Virus record (IMG/VR): IMGVR_UViG_3300012347_000452
Coordinates: 1-64,000 of that record
Source of the DNA: a virus
Reading direction: 5' to 3' (one strand)
Length of the DNA stretch: 64,000 bases
The position numbers and the translations under genes were made by a program. The number at the start of each line of letters is the position of its first letter. Positions within the stretch are counted from its first letter, which is position 1. Positions 1 through 9,998 of the stretch are shown here, in pieces. The notes below the pieces were generated by a model, which saw only the letters and a program-made list of their open reading frames with translations, was not told the DNA's origin and did not search any database.

Positions 1-946
1 CCCACCCAAGGTTGATCGCCAGGTTGCGCAGGCTTAAGTTGGTCTGGTTTATGGGGATTTGAATCACGAATTGGTTGCCCTGGAGGGCGCCATAAATCGG
101 AATCACGCCGTAAATTGTGCCTGTTGCGATCCAGTTGACAGGTGCGCTGCCGGCCACGGCGGCGCCGGCGGCACCACCCGCGTAGCCCGTGTAGTTGTAG
201 ACACCATCGACGGTGCCGCCCGCATCACCGGGCTGACCCCATGTGCCACCCTTGCCGCCTGGTGACGATGCGCGGCCACCCCAGCCCCAGTTCTGGGACG
301 CTCCTGGGGTCTCGAAAATGCCGTCGCCCGTTGCATCAACCGATGGCGCGCCTTGTGTATTGGGGCCACCGCCACCACCGGCCGCAGCCAGCGTGCTCGA
401 CGCACCGCCCGACCCAGGTGTGGACCGGTTCAATCCGTTCCAGACCCAGTAAGCGCCAGCGCCACCACCACCGCCCCCACCTGCAATCGTGCCGGTGTTG
501 TTGATGGTCACTGCTGTGAAGGCGCCGATTGCGGGACCGCCTGGATTGCCTACGGCCATTATGTTGCCGCCAGCGCCGCCCATGCCGACGATGAAGCCGC
601 TGTTATTGAGCTGCACGCCATTCGGAAACGAGCCGCTGACGGTGAGTGCGTAGGCGCCTGTCGATGTTGACGTGATGACGCCTGTATTGGTGGCGATCAC
701 CTTGCTGGTTTGGTTCCAGCCTGCGTTGATCGCGGCCGTGCGCAGATCGACGTTGGTGCCGCCGGCGAACGAGAAGACGAACTGGCTGGACTTGCCGCGT
801 CCGCTCGACATGCCGATCAAGCCGCTGGCCACGCCAAAGAGTTCACGCACCGCCGCCTCGTTCATGCTGATCGTGGCCGTCGCCGAGCGGGCCAACTCGA
901 CGTTGACCTGGGACAGCGAGATTGAGCCCGAAGCTGGAAGTGTCAT
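1..946 (-). CDS. T-even gp38-like glycine-rich tail adhesin, partial (runs off the left edge); a second module appears to begin near the edge
   Basis: Not in the ORF track because it has no stop in the window. ATG at 946 overlaps the stop of the fibre gene. Translation: MTLPASGSISLSQVNVEL...TNVDLRTAAINAGW...NNSGFIVGMGGAGG...IAGGGGGGG...VNWIATGTIYG, typical gp38 polyglycine motifs. Confidence 0.75.
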   Translation of the reverse strand, partial: MTLPASGSISLSQVNVELARSATATISMNEAAVRELFGVASGLIGMSSGRGKSSQFVFSFAGGTNVDLRTAAINAGWNQTSKVIATNTGVITSTSTGAYALTVSGSFPNGVQLNNSGFIVGMGGAGGNIMAVGNPGGPAIGAFTAVTINNTGTIAGGGGGGGAGAYWVWNGLNRSTPGSGGASSTLAAAGGGGGPNTQGAPSVDATGDGIFETPGASQNWGWGGRASSPGGKGGTWGQPGDAGGTVDGVYNYTGYAGGAAGAAVAGSAPVNWIATGTIYGVIPIYGALQGNQFVIQIPINQTNLSLRNLAINLGW

Positions 947-2901
947 GCGGCACCCTTGAGCGCGGTGACTTCAGCTTTCAGTGCAACAAGCTCCCGTGCC
1001 AGTGCGACGCAAGCAGCCAAGGCGGCATTTCCGTAAGCGACCGAGAGAATGCCGCTCTCATCTTGCTGAACCGCATTGGGCATGACCGTGCTCAGGCTTT
1101 GAGCGCCGACACCCACCTGGGTTGCGCCAATGTCGGTCCGGTCGTAGACGCCCATCTTCACGGTGGCGAGTTTTGCCACGAAGTCATCAACCAGACCACG
1201 CCAGTTGGACTTCAGGTTTTCGTCCGAATACGCGGTCACGTTGCCGCTGGCCGTGATGTCGCCAATGACGTTCAGCGTGCCTGCCGTTGTTGTGGCGCCC
1301 GTGGTATCGACTGACAGAAGAGTCTTAACCCAAGTGCCGCCGCCATCCGTTTGAACCAGCGCGACGCGGTTGTCGGACGTGATGGAGAGGGCATAAGCAA
1401 CGGTGCCCGACTTGTGGAGCTCGTACATCGAGTCGTTGCTCGTTGTCGTGATCCTCATGCCGACTCGAGCAGTGGAGGTGATCGTCGAGGCGGTATTGAC
1501 TGCGGCTGCCGTGGTGGCTGTCGCCGCGTTGCCGGTGACGTTGATGCTCCAGGTGCCCGAGGCGTTGGTGCCGGTGGTCGAAGGGGCTCCGACCGAGTTG
1601 TAGCTGATCGTGACGGCGGCCGAACCGTTGAAGGTCGAGCCCGAGGCGGCGCCTGCGCCACCGTTGTTGAAGGTCAGTGCGGCCGTCGTGTTGGCCGTGA
1701 CTGTGATGTTGGCGCTGCCGTTAAAGGAGACACCGTTGATGGTTCGAGCCGTTTGCAGCGTGGTCGCCGTCGCGGCATTGCCCGTCCAGCCGGCGGACGA
1801 AAACTGGCCCACCGTCGCCGCATTGCATCGGACGTTCATGATGCCGTCGGACGCCCAGGTCATGCCTGTGTCCTTGGCGCCATCGTCGTTGAACATGAAG
1901 CCGCCGGCGGCCAGGTATATCACCGTGCCGAAGGTCTTGTTGCTGAGTGTCTGGGTCGAGTCGGTGTTGACTTGAACTTTGCTGCCGGTGGCGGTGCCGA
2001 GAATCAGCAGATCGTCATCGATGTCCCATTCGAGGCGCCCTTCGGCGGTCGGGGCGGCGGTGGTGGACTGAACCAACGTGATCGCGGTGCCTGAAATTGC
2101 ACCACCCGTGATGGCCACGGCGTTCGCCGCTTGAGTGCCCATTGAGGCGATGCCCAGGTTTGTGCGTGCGGTTGCTGCGTCTGCGGCGCCCGTGCCGCCG
2201 TAGGCGACAGCGATGGCCGTGCCGTTCCAGACCGAGCCGGAGCCCATCGTCTTGCTGGTGAGCGTCTGGGTGTTGTCGGTGTTGACGACCGTCTTGGTGG
2301 CCGCACCCGTGCCGATCTTGATCACATCGTCGTCGGTGTCCCACTCCATCACACCCTCGCTCGTCGGGGCGGCGGTGGTGGATTGCTTCAGAGTCAGCGT
2401 GACGTTGCCGATGCTGCCGCCGGTGATGGCGACGGCGCCCGCGCCTTGTGTGGCCATCGTGCCGAGCGCGGCTGTCGAGACGCCGGTGATCAGACCCTTG
2501 GCGTTCACGGTCAGGATCGGAATGGCCGAAGTCGAGCCGAAGGTGCCCACGTTGCTGTTGACGGTGGGCAGGGTGGCGGCGATCGACAGGTTGGCCGAGC
2601 CGGTCCAGGCGGCCGAAGTGGCGGTCACATCACCCGTGAGCGAGACCGTGCGGCCGGTTGACCAGGCGTTGGCGGTCGCCACGTTGATGGCGTAGGTCGA
2701 AGCGAGGTCCGCCCATGCCGTGCCGTTGAACTTCTCCCACTTCGCACTTGCCGAGACCCAGCGAATCGTGCCGGTCGGCACGTTGGTGGCGGTCGTGAGA
2801 GCCGGGTCGAGCCCGAGGGCGAGGTCGTCCAGCCGAGCATCCAGCTCGGCGGTGTAGTTCACGTAGGTGGACGCGGTCGTCGGGAGTTGCCAGTTTGCCA
2901 T
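943..2901 (-). CDS. Tail fibre protein with C-terminal intramolecular chaperone (peptidase S74-like)
   Basis: T/G/A-rich fibre repeats, an internal ~95 aa duplication, LQTARTINGVSFNGSANIT motif, AYSDENLK cleavage motif followed by a coiled-coil end. Confidence 0.85.
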   Translation of the reverse strand: MANWQLPTTASTYVNYTAELDARLDDLALGLDPALTTATNVPTGTIRWVSASAKWEKFNGTAWADLASTYAINVATANAWSTGRTVSLTGDVTATSAAWTGSANLSIAATLPTVNSNVGTFGSTSAIPILTVNAKGLITGVSTAALGTMATQGAGAVAITGGSIGNVTLTLKQSTTAAPTSEGVMEWDTDDDVIKIGTGAATKTVVNTDNTQTLTSKTMGSGSVWNGTAIAVAYGGTGAADAATARTNLGIASMGTQAANAVAITGGAISGTAITLVQSTTAAPTAEGRLEWDIDDDLLILGTATGSKVQVNTDSTQTLSNKTFGTVIYLAAGGFMFNDDGAKDTGMTWASDGIMNVRCNAATVGQFSSAGWTGNAATATTLQTARTINGVSFNGSANITVTANTTAALTFNNGGAGAASGSTFNGSAAVTISYNSVGAPSTTGTNASGTWSINVTGNAATATTAAAVNTASTITSTARVGMRITTTSNDSMYELHKSGTVAYALSITSDNRVALVQTDGGGTWVKTLLSVDTTGATTTAGTLNVIGDITASGNVTAYSDENLKSNWRGLVDDFVAKLATVKMGVYDRTDIGATQVGVGAQSLSTVMPNAVQQDESGILSVAYGNAALAACVALARELVALKAEVTALKGAA

Positions 2902-2947
2902 TTGAAATCTCTTTGATGGGCGATGTTACGTCACGAATGACTTACGG

Positions 2948-5900
2948 TCAATAGCCCTTGGCCGACCACGAGAAGCTGCCGCTCACTCGCGCGCCAGCCG
3001 CGTCGTAGAGCATCACCTTGAAGCCCGCTGCGTTGGGCACGTCCACGAAATCGTAGAGCGCATAGCGAGCGGTAGAGCCTAGGGCAATCGACAGCTCGAC
3101 CGCCACGATGTCGATGAAGGGCGAACCGAATCGGATCAGGGTGCCCGCACCATCAGGCACACGCACGCCGGAGGCGTTGTTCGGGTTGGCGTTGGTGATC
3201 GTCACGCCGTTGATCACGGCGCTGGTGCCGGTCACTGCATCGGTGGCGCCTGCGACGGCCATGCCAGCCTCGTTGCGCACCTTGGCGTCGAGCTTCACGT
3301 TCAGCTTGGTGAGACGGTACAGGGACAGGTTGTCGCCCGAGACCGTGAAGCGGACCTTGACGAACTGGAAGTTGTTGACGAACACCGACGAGATGCCGTT
3401 GTAGTCGGTCCAGGCGTCGCCTGCGTTCAGCTTGACGCTGATGTTGATCGTCACGGTGGGCGAGCCCGCCACGACGTTGCCGGTCGGTGTGACCGTGATC
3501 TTGGTGCCGCCGATCGGCGTGCCGTAGTCGATGACCTCTTCATAGAAGCCGGGGCTGTTGGCGGGCTGGATGAAGACGGGGTAGCCGGCTGCGATCTGGG
3601 CGGCCGGAGTCGTCCACGAGCGGCTCGTGAAGTGCTGCTCGAAGGTCTCCGTGGTGTTGACCGGCAGGATGTAGCTGCCGTCGGTGTCGAGCACCATGTT
3701 GGACTTGGTGCCGGCGAACGTCAGGTCGTTGTTGGCCTTGAGCGAGTAGTCGGGCGGCTGGCTGACGCTGGTCGTCACCTCGCCAGGTGTGCCCACGTTG
3801 CCCGCGCTGTCGATACCGGCCACCCAGTAGGTGTAGGTGCCCGCCACGGTCTCGAAGACGGTGGTGAACCCACCGGCTTTCTGGCCGATCGACGTGGCGG
3901 TGGCCCAGGTGGCACCTCGACGCAGCTCGTTGGAGACCACGGGCAGCGTGCCGGTGGGCTGAGTCCAGTAGAGCAGCACGTTGTTGTCCACGACCTGCTG
4001 AGTGATGTTGGGCTTGGACGGTGCGGAGATGTTGAGTGCGGCCGAACCGGCTGCGCCGACATTGCCGTTCACGTCGATGGCAGCCACCCACCACGTCCGC
4101 GAGCCGAGCCACTGGGCCTTGGTCGAGATGGTGGTGCCCTTGACGCGCCCCAGCACCGTGCCGGCTGCCCAGGAGCTGCCGTAGCGGATTTCGTATTCAT
4201 CGATCGGGAGCGTTGCGGCAGGGTCCGTCCAGGTGAGCTTGAACTCATCGAGCACGAAGGTGCCGCTCACGGTCGGCGCCACTGGCGCGGTGATCGACAC
4301 CAGCGTGGAGCCGGCCGTGCCCACGTTGCCGTTCACGTCTCGTGCGGCGATCCAGTAGGTCCGGTTGCCCAGCCACTCCACTGGTGCGCGGTAGGTGGTG
4401 GACAGCGTGGTGGCGACCACAGTGCCGGCAGCGAAGGAAGCGCCGTGACGAATCTCGTATTCTTTGATCGGCAGCGTGGAGCTCGGGGCGGTCCAGGTGA
4501 GTTCGGCCTTGGCCACAACCACAGTTGAGGAGACGCTCGGGGCGCCAGGTGCGCTCACGTTGACCGCAACCGACGCGGAGGCGCCGAACTGCTTGTTGGT
4601 ATCGACTGCCGTCACCCACAGCGTGCGCGAGCCCAGCCAGGTGAGTGGCAGCGTGATCGTGGTGGTGTTGACCTTGCCGATGATCTCGCCCGTCGCCCAG
4701 TCGGCGCCAAAGCGGATGTCGTAGTAGGAGATGTCGAGCGAGCCGTTGATGGCCGACTGCCAGCTCAGAGTGGTGCTCGCCTGCGCGATCGAGGCGCTCA
4801 GGCTGGTCGGGGCGCTGTAAGCGGTGTAGGTGACGACACGCGAGCCGGAGGTGCCGTAGTTGCCTGCACTGTCGATCGCCGCGACATGGAAAGTCTTGCT
4901 GGAGGTCCAGTTGACCGGAATCGAGTAGAGACGATCGGAGGTGGTGCCCACGACCGTGCCGGTGGCCCAGGTCGCGCCCTCGCGAACCTCGTACAGACGG
5001 ATCGGGAGTGAACCCAGTGCCGGTGCCGCCCAGGTCAGGATCGCGTTGCCGTCCTTGAACTGGTGCGCCACGCTCACCGCGCCGGGGCCGCTGATGCCGT
5101 TCACATAGGTGCCGATGGCGCCCACGTTGCCGTTCACGTCGGTGGCCCGAACGGTGAAGGTGGCTGACGTGGACCATGTCACGCCCAGCGTCAGGGTGGT
5201 CGTGTAGGCCTTGCCCACCAGAATGCCGGTCTCCCAGGTGGCGCCCCGGCGAATCTCGTAGAAGTCCACCGGCAGCGTCTGCGCGGCATCGGACCACGAG
5301 ATCGTGGCCTGGTCCTGGTCGTAGGTGGCGGTGAAGCCGCTCGGTGCGATCGGCGCCACGACGGTGATCGCGTGCGAGCCTGCGGTGCCGACGTTGCCGT
5401 TCAAATCGATGGCGGCCACCCAGAAGGTGCGCGAACCGAGCCAGTTGATCGGGATGGTGAGCTGGTTGCCGCTGATGGAGCCGATCTCGACGCCGTTGGC
5501 GAAGGTCGAGCCGTAGCGCACCTCGTAGGAGGCGATCGGCAGGGTGCTCGACGGGGTGGACCAGTCGAACGTGAAGGTCGTGCCCTTCTTTGCGCTCGTC
5601 ACCACGGTGGCGGCAGGAAGGTTGAACACGGCACTCACCGATGTGGGTGTGCCGACGCTGCCCGCTGTATCGACGGCCGCGACCCAGATCAGTTGGGTTG
5701 CAGTCCATGCAACGGGCGTCTTGTAGGACAGGTCGGTCGTGGTGCCGACAGTGACGGCGCCCGCCCAGGTCGAACCCCGCTTGATGATGTAGCCGCCCAC
5801 GGGGAGCGAGCCTGCGGCAGCCGCCGTCCAGGTGAGGACGATGTCGGCGCGCGAGTAGGAGTAAGTGGGCGTGACGGCCCCAGGGGGTGCGATCGTGGCT

Positions 5901-8671
5901 GACACGCGAAGCGCCGTGGTGCTCTGGCTCAGGCGCGTATCGACGGCCTTGATCAGCCACTCGTAGACGCCTGCCGCTGCGGGCGGCGCCTGGTACAGGT
6001 TGCCAGTGGTCTGAGCGACCATTGTGGCGCTCTCCCAGGCCTGACCCGGCACGGAGCAGGCGCGCACCTCGTAGAACTTCACGTCCTCGTCCGGAACCGA
6101 CAGCCAGCTCACTTCCACACCCAGCTCGTTGGGGATGGCAAAGGCGGTGGTGACGCTGCTTGGAGGAACGGTCTTGCCGACGAGCGTGTAGGTGCCGGTG
6201 GCGCTTTCGGAGCGCTTGCCCAGCGGGTTGATGCCGATGACCGACACCTCGTAGACGCCTTCGAGTACGCCAGGCACCTCATAGGACAGGCCGTCAGTCA
6301 CTCGAACGGTCGTCCAGTTCGATGCGTTCGATGCGCTAATGCCTCGGTAGGCCACTTCGTACTGAGTGGAATTGCCGTACCAGAAGATCATCATCTTGTT
6401 GGAGAACACGCCAGGGGCGGCCTTGTAGCGAGCCTCCGTCACGTAGAGCTGTGTCGGGGTCTGGACGAAGCTGGCGTCGATGATCGAGGTCTTGCGGTCT
6501 TGCAGAGCCCAACCCTGTTCGATCGCGTTGAACTTGCTCGGGTTGTGCTCAAGCGCGGCGATGTCGAACTCGGAGGGGTTTTGGCCCTGGGTCACGCCGA
6601 TGACTCGCGCCAGAATCGGCTCGAGGTTGGCGTCTGACATCATCCACACGGCGTTGGCCACCGGAACCTGAGTCAGTGGAGTCGTCCAGGTGACGGTCGA
6701 GTAGCTGCCGGCGGTCTGGAGAATCTGGCGATCTTCAAACGTGCCATCCGGCATCATGATCGAGATCGTGGTGGTGCCGAGGAGGTTGGTCGGAATGTCC
6801 AGCGTCGCGCTGGTCGAGGTCGAGCCCGTCAGACGCCCTGCGGCGCGCCGCCCTGCCCGGTTGGGGTCTTGAATCTTGATGATGTTGCCAGGCATCACGA
6901 AGGCGGAGTCCAGACCCACACGGAAGCTGATCAGGTCGGACTCGAACTTCTCGGTGTAGAGAATCCATTTGCCGACACGGGCGGCCTGGCCACGCGAGGT
7001 GCACCCGAAGGCGAGCGTGTCGATCTTGCGCACACCGTAAAGCGCCACGAGCTCGGCGTCTTCCACGTACTCCACGCGCTGCTTGTAGTTGTCGTCGGGG
7101 TCGTTCCAGGTGACATGGACCACGCTGTGGCGGTCCTTGCGGGCGCTACCCGAGTAGCTGAACTCGCCATCGATCACGTTGGAGGCCGAGTACAGCATCA
7201 CCGGGTCTGCGGGTGCATCCTGAGTGAAGCTCACCATGCCGCCGTCCCAGAAGCCCATGCCCCGGAACACTGATGCGATGTCCGAGATCAGCTTGTAGGC
7301 CTCGAAAGCGTTGGCGATGACAGTGTTGAGCGTGAAGCGGGGTTCGACACCGCCAAACCCGTTGGGCACCGACTCGTCGCAGTACTTGCCGATCGTGTAG
7401 AGCATCGACTTGTCCACCTGGGCGTCTTCGATGAAGTTGCCCAACCCGTAGCGCTTGTGCGTGAGGACATCGAACATCACCCAGGCGGGGTTGTTCGAGA
7501 CGGCGTACTTGAAAGTGCCGTTCCAGACGCCGGCGTAGGTGCGCGTCACCGGGTCGTAGTTGACCGGCACGCGGATGTAGAGCCCGTCGATCAGGTAGGC
7601 GCGATTCGGAATCGAGCTGCCGAACTGCTCGGAGTCCACGCGCAGGCCCAGAATGGCCGAGTTCGGGTACTCCATGTTGAGCGAGACGATCTCGCTGTAC
7701 GAATCCAGGTAGGTGTCGTTCTGAAGGAGGGCCGAAGTCGAGTCCGCCGTCAGACGCTCCATGCGGACGCGCGTCTGCGTGCCAGGCGTGATCGGGATGA
7801 CGTGGGAGCGCTGGTAGCGCGAGCGCGACTTGCCTTCGATGATGGCGGTCGGGCTCGGAGTGAGTGAGCTTGCGGTGCTCGGCGCAATGGCCAGCCACGC
7901 GCCGGACTGCTCCAGAACGACGAAGCGAATCTTGTTGCTTTCGGACTCGACCGAGTAGGTTTCGCCATTGGTGCGCCAGACCGTATAGGAGCTGTCGCCA
8001 TACCCTTCGCTCGTGGCCACCCAGCTCACGTTCAGCACCTTGGGCGCGCCAAGGTTGAACCAGGCGGGGCCGACCAGGAACTGAGCCTGGACTGTGATCG
8101 TGCCTGGCGCGTAGATGCCGTTGTCGGTGCCGAATGCCTGGATCGCCGCACGAAGGACGGTCGAGCCGCCGGGTCGCGTTGCCGTGTGGTAGCCGTTCTC
8201 GACTGCCCACGTCGCACCCGCCAGGGCGCTGGAGATGTTCTGTGCCGTCCAGGTCACACCGTTATCGATGGACGTGCTGATCTTGTAGGACACCGAGGTG
8301 CCCGTGATGTCGCCGTTCTCGCCGTTCGTCTGAGACAGGCTCGGCACACTCACGATGACACGCACGGCGTCGGCATTGGAGTTGGCCACCGTGAAGGTGT
8401 AGGGCGTCGTGGTCTTGATCTGGATGCCGGCGCTGAAGGGCGACTCGATGTAGTTGCCATAGCCAGGCATCACGGGCTGAGTGTTGCCACCACCGCGAAT
8501 GTCCCAGCTCAGACCTTGGAAGTTCTTCGTGCCGTTGGCGTTCTCGACGGGCGTGCCGTTCAGGTAGACGCCCTTCAGGTTGCCGACCAGCCCGCCAATA
8601 GGCCCCTCACCCAGGAGGTCCAGGATCGAGAGTGTGGCTTTGGACCGCAGCGAGTCTTTGGTTTCGTTCAT
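2948..8671 (-). CDS. Central tail tip / host specificity protein J with many FN3-like repeats
   Basis: DLLGEGPIGGL, YLNGTPV, WNGTFKYAVSNNPAW, FGCTSRGQAARVGKW are lambda gpJ motifs; ~90 aa YEIRxG/WVAAID repeats. Confidence 0.92.
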   Translation of the reverse strand: MNETKDSLRSKATLSILDLLGEGPIGGLVGNLKGVYLNGTPVENANGTKNFQGLSWDIRGGGNTQPVMPGYGNYIESPFSAGIQIKTTTPYTFTVANSNADAVRVIVSVPSLSQTNGENGDITGTSVSYKISTSIDNGVTWTAQNISSALAGATWAVENGYHTATRPGGSTVLRAAIQAFGTDNGIYAPGTITVQAQFLVGPAWFNLGAPKVLNVSWVATSEGYGDSSYTVWRTNGETYSVESESNKIRFVVLEQSGAWLAIAPSTASSLTPSPTAIIEGKSRSRYQRSHVIPITPGTQTRVRMERLTADSTSALLQNDTYLDSYSEIVSLNMEYPNSAILGLRVDSEQFGSSIPNRAYLIDGLYIRVPVNYDPVTRTYAGVWNGTFKYAVSNNPAWVMFDVLTHKRYGLGNFIEDAQVDKSMLYTIGKYCDESVPNGFGGVEPRFTLNTVIANAFEAYKLISDIASVFRGMGFWDGGMVSFTQDAPADPVMLYSASNVIDGEFSYSGSARKDRHSVVHVTWNDPDDNYKQRVEYVEDAELVALYGVRKIDTLAFGCTSRGQAARVGKWILYTEKFESDLISFRVGLDSAFVMPGNIIKIQDPNRAGRRAAGRLTGSTSTSATLDIPTNLLGTTTISIMMPDGTFEDRQILQTAGSYSTVTWTTPLTQVPVANAVWMMSDANLEPILARVIGVTQGQNPSEFDIAALEHNPSKFNAIEQGWALQDRKTSIIDASFVQTPTQLYVTEARYKAAPGVFSNKMMIFWYGNSTQYEVAYRGISASNASNWTTVRVTDGLSYEVPGVLEGVYEVSVIGINPLGKRSESATGTYTLVGKTVPPSSVTTAFAIPNELGVEVSWLSVPDEDVKFYEVRACSVPGQAWESATMVAQTTGNLYQAPPAAAGVYEWLIKAVDTRLSQSTTALRVSATIAPPGAVTPTYSYSRADIVLTWTAAAAGSLPVGGYIIKRGSTWAGAVTVGTTTDLSYKTPVAWTATQLIWVAAVDTAGSVGTPTSVSAVFNLPAATVVTSAKKGTTFTFDWSTPSSTLPIASYEVRYGSTFANGVEIGSISGNQLTIPINWLGSRTFWVAAIDLNGNVGTAGSHAITVVAPIAPSGFTATYDQDQATISWSDAAQTLPVDFYEIRRGATWETGILVGKAYTTTLTLGVTWSTSATFTVRATDVNGNVGAIGTYVNGISGPGAVSVAHQFKDGNAILTWAAPALGSLPIRLYEVREGATWATGTVVGTTSDRLYSIPVNWTSSKTFHVAAIDSAGNYGTSGSRVVTYTAYSAPTSLSASIAQASTTLSWQSAINGSLDISYYDIRFGADWATGEIIGKVNTTTITLPLTWLGSRTLWVTAVDTNKQFGASASVAVNVSAPGAPSVSSTVVVAKAELTWTAPSSTLPIKEYEIRHGASFAAGTVVATTLSTTYRAPVEWLGNRTYWIAARDVNGNVGTAGSTLVSITAPVAPTVSGTFVLDEFKLTWTDPAATLPIDEYEIRYGSSWAAGTVLGRVKGTTISTKAQWLGSRTWWVAAIDVNGNVGAAGSAALNISAPSKPNITQQVVDNNVLLYWTQPTGTLPVVSNELRRGATWATATSIGQKAGGFTTVFETVAGTYTYWVAGIDSAGNVGTPGEVTTSVSQPPDYSLKANNDLTFAGTKSNMVLDTDGSYILPVNTTETFEQHFTSRSWTTPAAQIAAGYPVFIQPANSPGFYEEVIDYGTPIGGTKITVTPTGNVVAGSPTVTINISVKLNAGDAWTDYNGISSVFVNNFQFVKVRFTVSGDNLSLYRLTKLNVKLDAKVRNEAGMAVAGATDAVTGTSAVINGVTITNANPNNASGVRVPDGAGTLIRFGSPFIDIVAVELSIALGSTARYALYDFVDVPNAAGFKVMLYDAAGARVSGSFSWSAKGY

Positions 8672-9246
8672 GGGGCGATCTCGTCAACGGAAATGGACGC
8701 CGAGATGGGGTGTGAGCCCGTCAGCACGCGGCCGTAGATCAATGGAATGGGCCGGCCCTGCATTTCGGTGTTGACCGCGCCGTCGAAGTAGAAGGACTTC
8801 TTTTCATCCTCCTGGCCGTCGGTCTTTCGGGGGCGAGGGCTCAGAATCTCGATCACCCCGCTCATGGCCAGCGCGACACCGGCCTGGAACATGAACTTGC
8901 TGAAGACGGGTGGCACGTAGAACGAGCCCACGATGAGGAGCGCGCCGACCACCACCTTCACCAGTCCGCTCGAACCCGCAACGGTAGGGGTGAAGCGAAT
9001 CGATTTCAGGTTGGTGCGGGTCGCAGCATAGAGGTCGTCATTGAGCGCCTCTTCGCGCCCATCTTCGTAGACGCAGACGACCCGGTAGGCGCTGTACTTC
9101 TCGCGGTTCTGAATGACCCAAGCCTTCAGACCGGGCGAGTTGGCTTCGATCATGCGAAGGGCTTCCGCAGGGCTGGAGATGTCGAACTCCCAGTCCTTGC
9201 CGAACTTCTTTCCCATGACGCCATCCAGGCGAACTTTTGTCAGCAT
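8668..9246 (-). CDS. Tail assembly protein I (lambda gpI-like)
   Basis: VRLDGVMGKKFG, SPAEALR, FDGAVNT..QGRPIPLIYGR; lies between K and J. Confidence 0.88.
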   Translation of the reverse strand: MLTKVRLDGVMGKKFGKDWEFDISSPAEALRMIEANSPGLKAWVIQNREKYSAYRVVCVYEDGREEALNDDLYAATRTNLKSIRFTPTVAGSSGLVKVVVGALLIVGSFYVPPVFSKFMFQAGVALAMSGVIEILSPRPRKTDGQEDEKKSFYFDGAVNTEMQGRPIPLIYGRVLTGSHPISASISVDEIAP

Positions 9247-9998
9247 TTTGTCCGATGTCTGAGGTGTAGCTTGACCCTGGAGAACCAGTACGGCCCGAAC
9301 GTCTCGTGCCTGGAGAGGCGGTTGACGAGGTGATGCAAAATTATATCACCCGTGACATACAACGCAACGTGATTGGCGACCTCCGAGTCCATTGCAAGGC
9401 AGAGCACGTCGCCCTGCTGAAACTCGCCATTCTCGACTTTGTCGAACCCGAGTTCATCCCAGACGGGCTCGTGCAGGATGTCGAGGCCCTGTCGCCACCA
9501 CTGGTTGATGCGCAGGTGCGGAAACTGCTTGAGGTGGATGCCGTACTCGCGCTCGTAGTAGTCCACCACCAGCGAATAGCAGTCGAACGTGCCAAAGACG
9601 TAGGGACGACCCACGTAGTCCACTCGAAAGCCGGATGGCTTGACCAGCCTGGTTCCTTCATGGACGAGGGCACCATCGACCATGTGCAGGCCCGAGATCA
9701 GCCAGGGAAGCTCGGACGCCTCGCAGCCCGCCAGGTCGGCTTCCGACGGCTCGTTCGAGCCAGTGGGGTGCGAGTGCCAGATGGCCAGGATGTCGCCGGT
9801 GTCTTCTGCGCGGGCGTAGTCGGTGTGGTGGATGAGAAAGTGAAGATGCGGCTGCTCGGCCGCGTTCGTGCAGGGCATGAACTGGGCCTTCTTGCCCGTG
9901 CCGATGATGAACCCGCACGCCTCCTGCGGGTAGCAGGCCTCGGCGTGGCGGCGCATCTGGCCCGTCAGGGCGTCGTCAAGTTGTTCCTCGAACTGCAC
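9240..9998 (-). CDS. Tail assembly protein K (JAB/MPN plus NlpC/P60 domains)
   Basis: YPQEACG, WHSHP..PSEAD, GRPYVFGTFDCY, NHVALY; start uncertain (GTG 9998 or ATG 9956). Confidence 0.88.
   Translation of the reverse strand: MQFEEQLDDALTGQMRRHAEACYPQEACGFIIGTGKKAQFMPCTNAAEQPHLHFLIHHTDYARAEDTGDILAIWHSHPTGSNEPSEADLAGCEASELPWLISGLHMVDGALVHEGTRLVKPSGFRVDYVGRPYVFGTFDCYSLVVDYYEREYGIHLKQFPHLRINQWWRQGLDILHEPVWDELGFDKVENGEFQQGDVLCLAMDSEVANHVALYVTGDIILHHLVNRLSRHETFGPYWFSRVKLHLRHRTKC

Noticed and set aside
4245-8210. Long alternative-frame ORFs inside gene J
   Set aside because: Arg/His-rich off-frame readings of high-GC coding DNA
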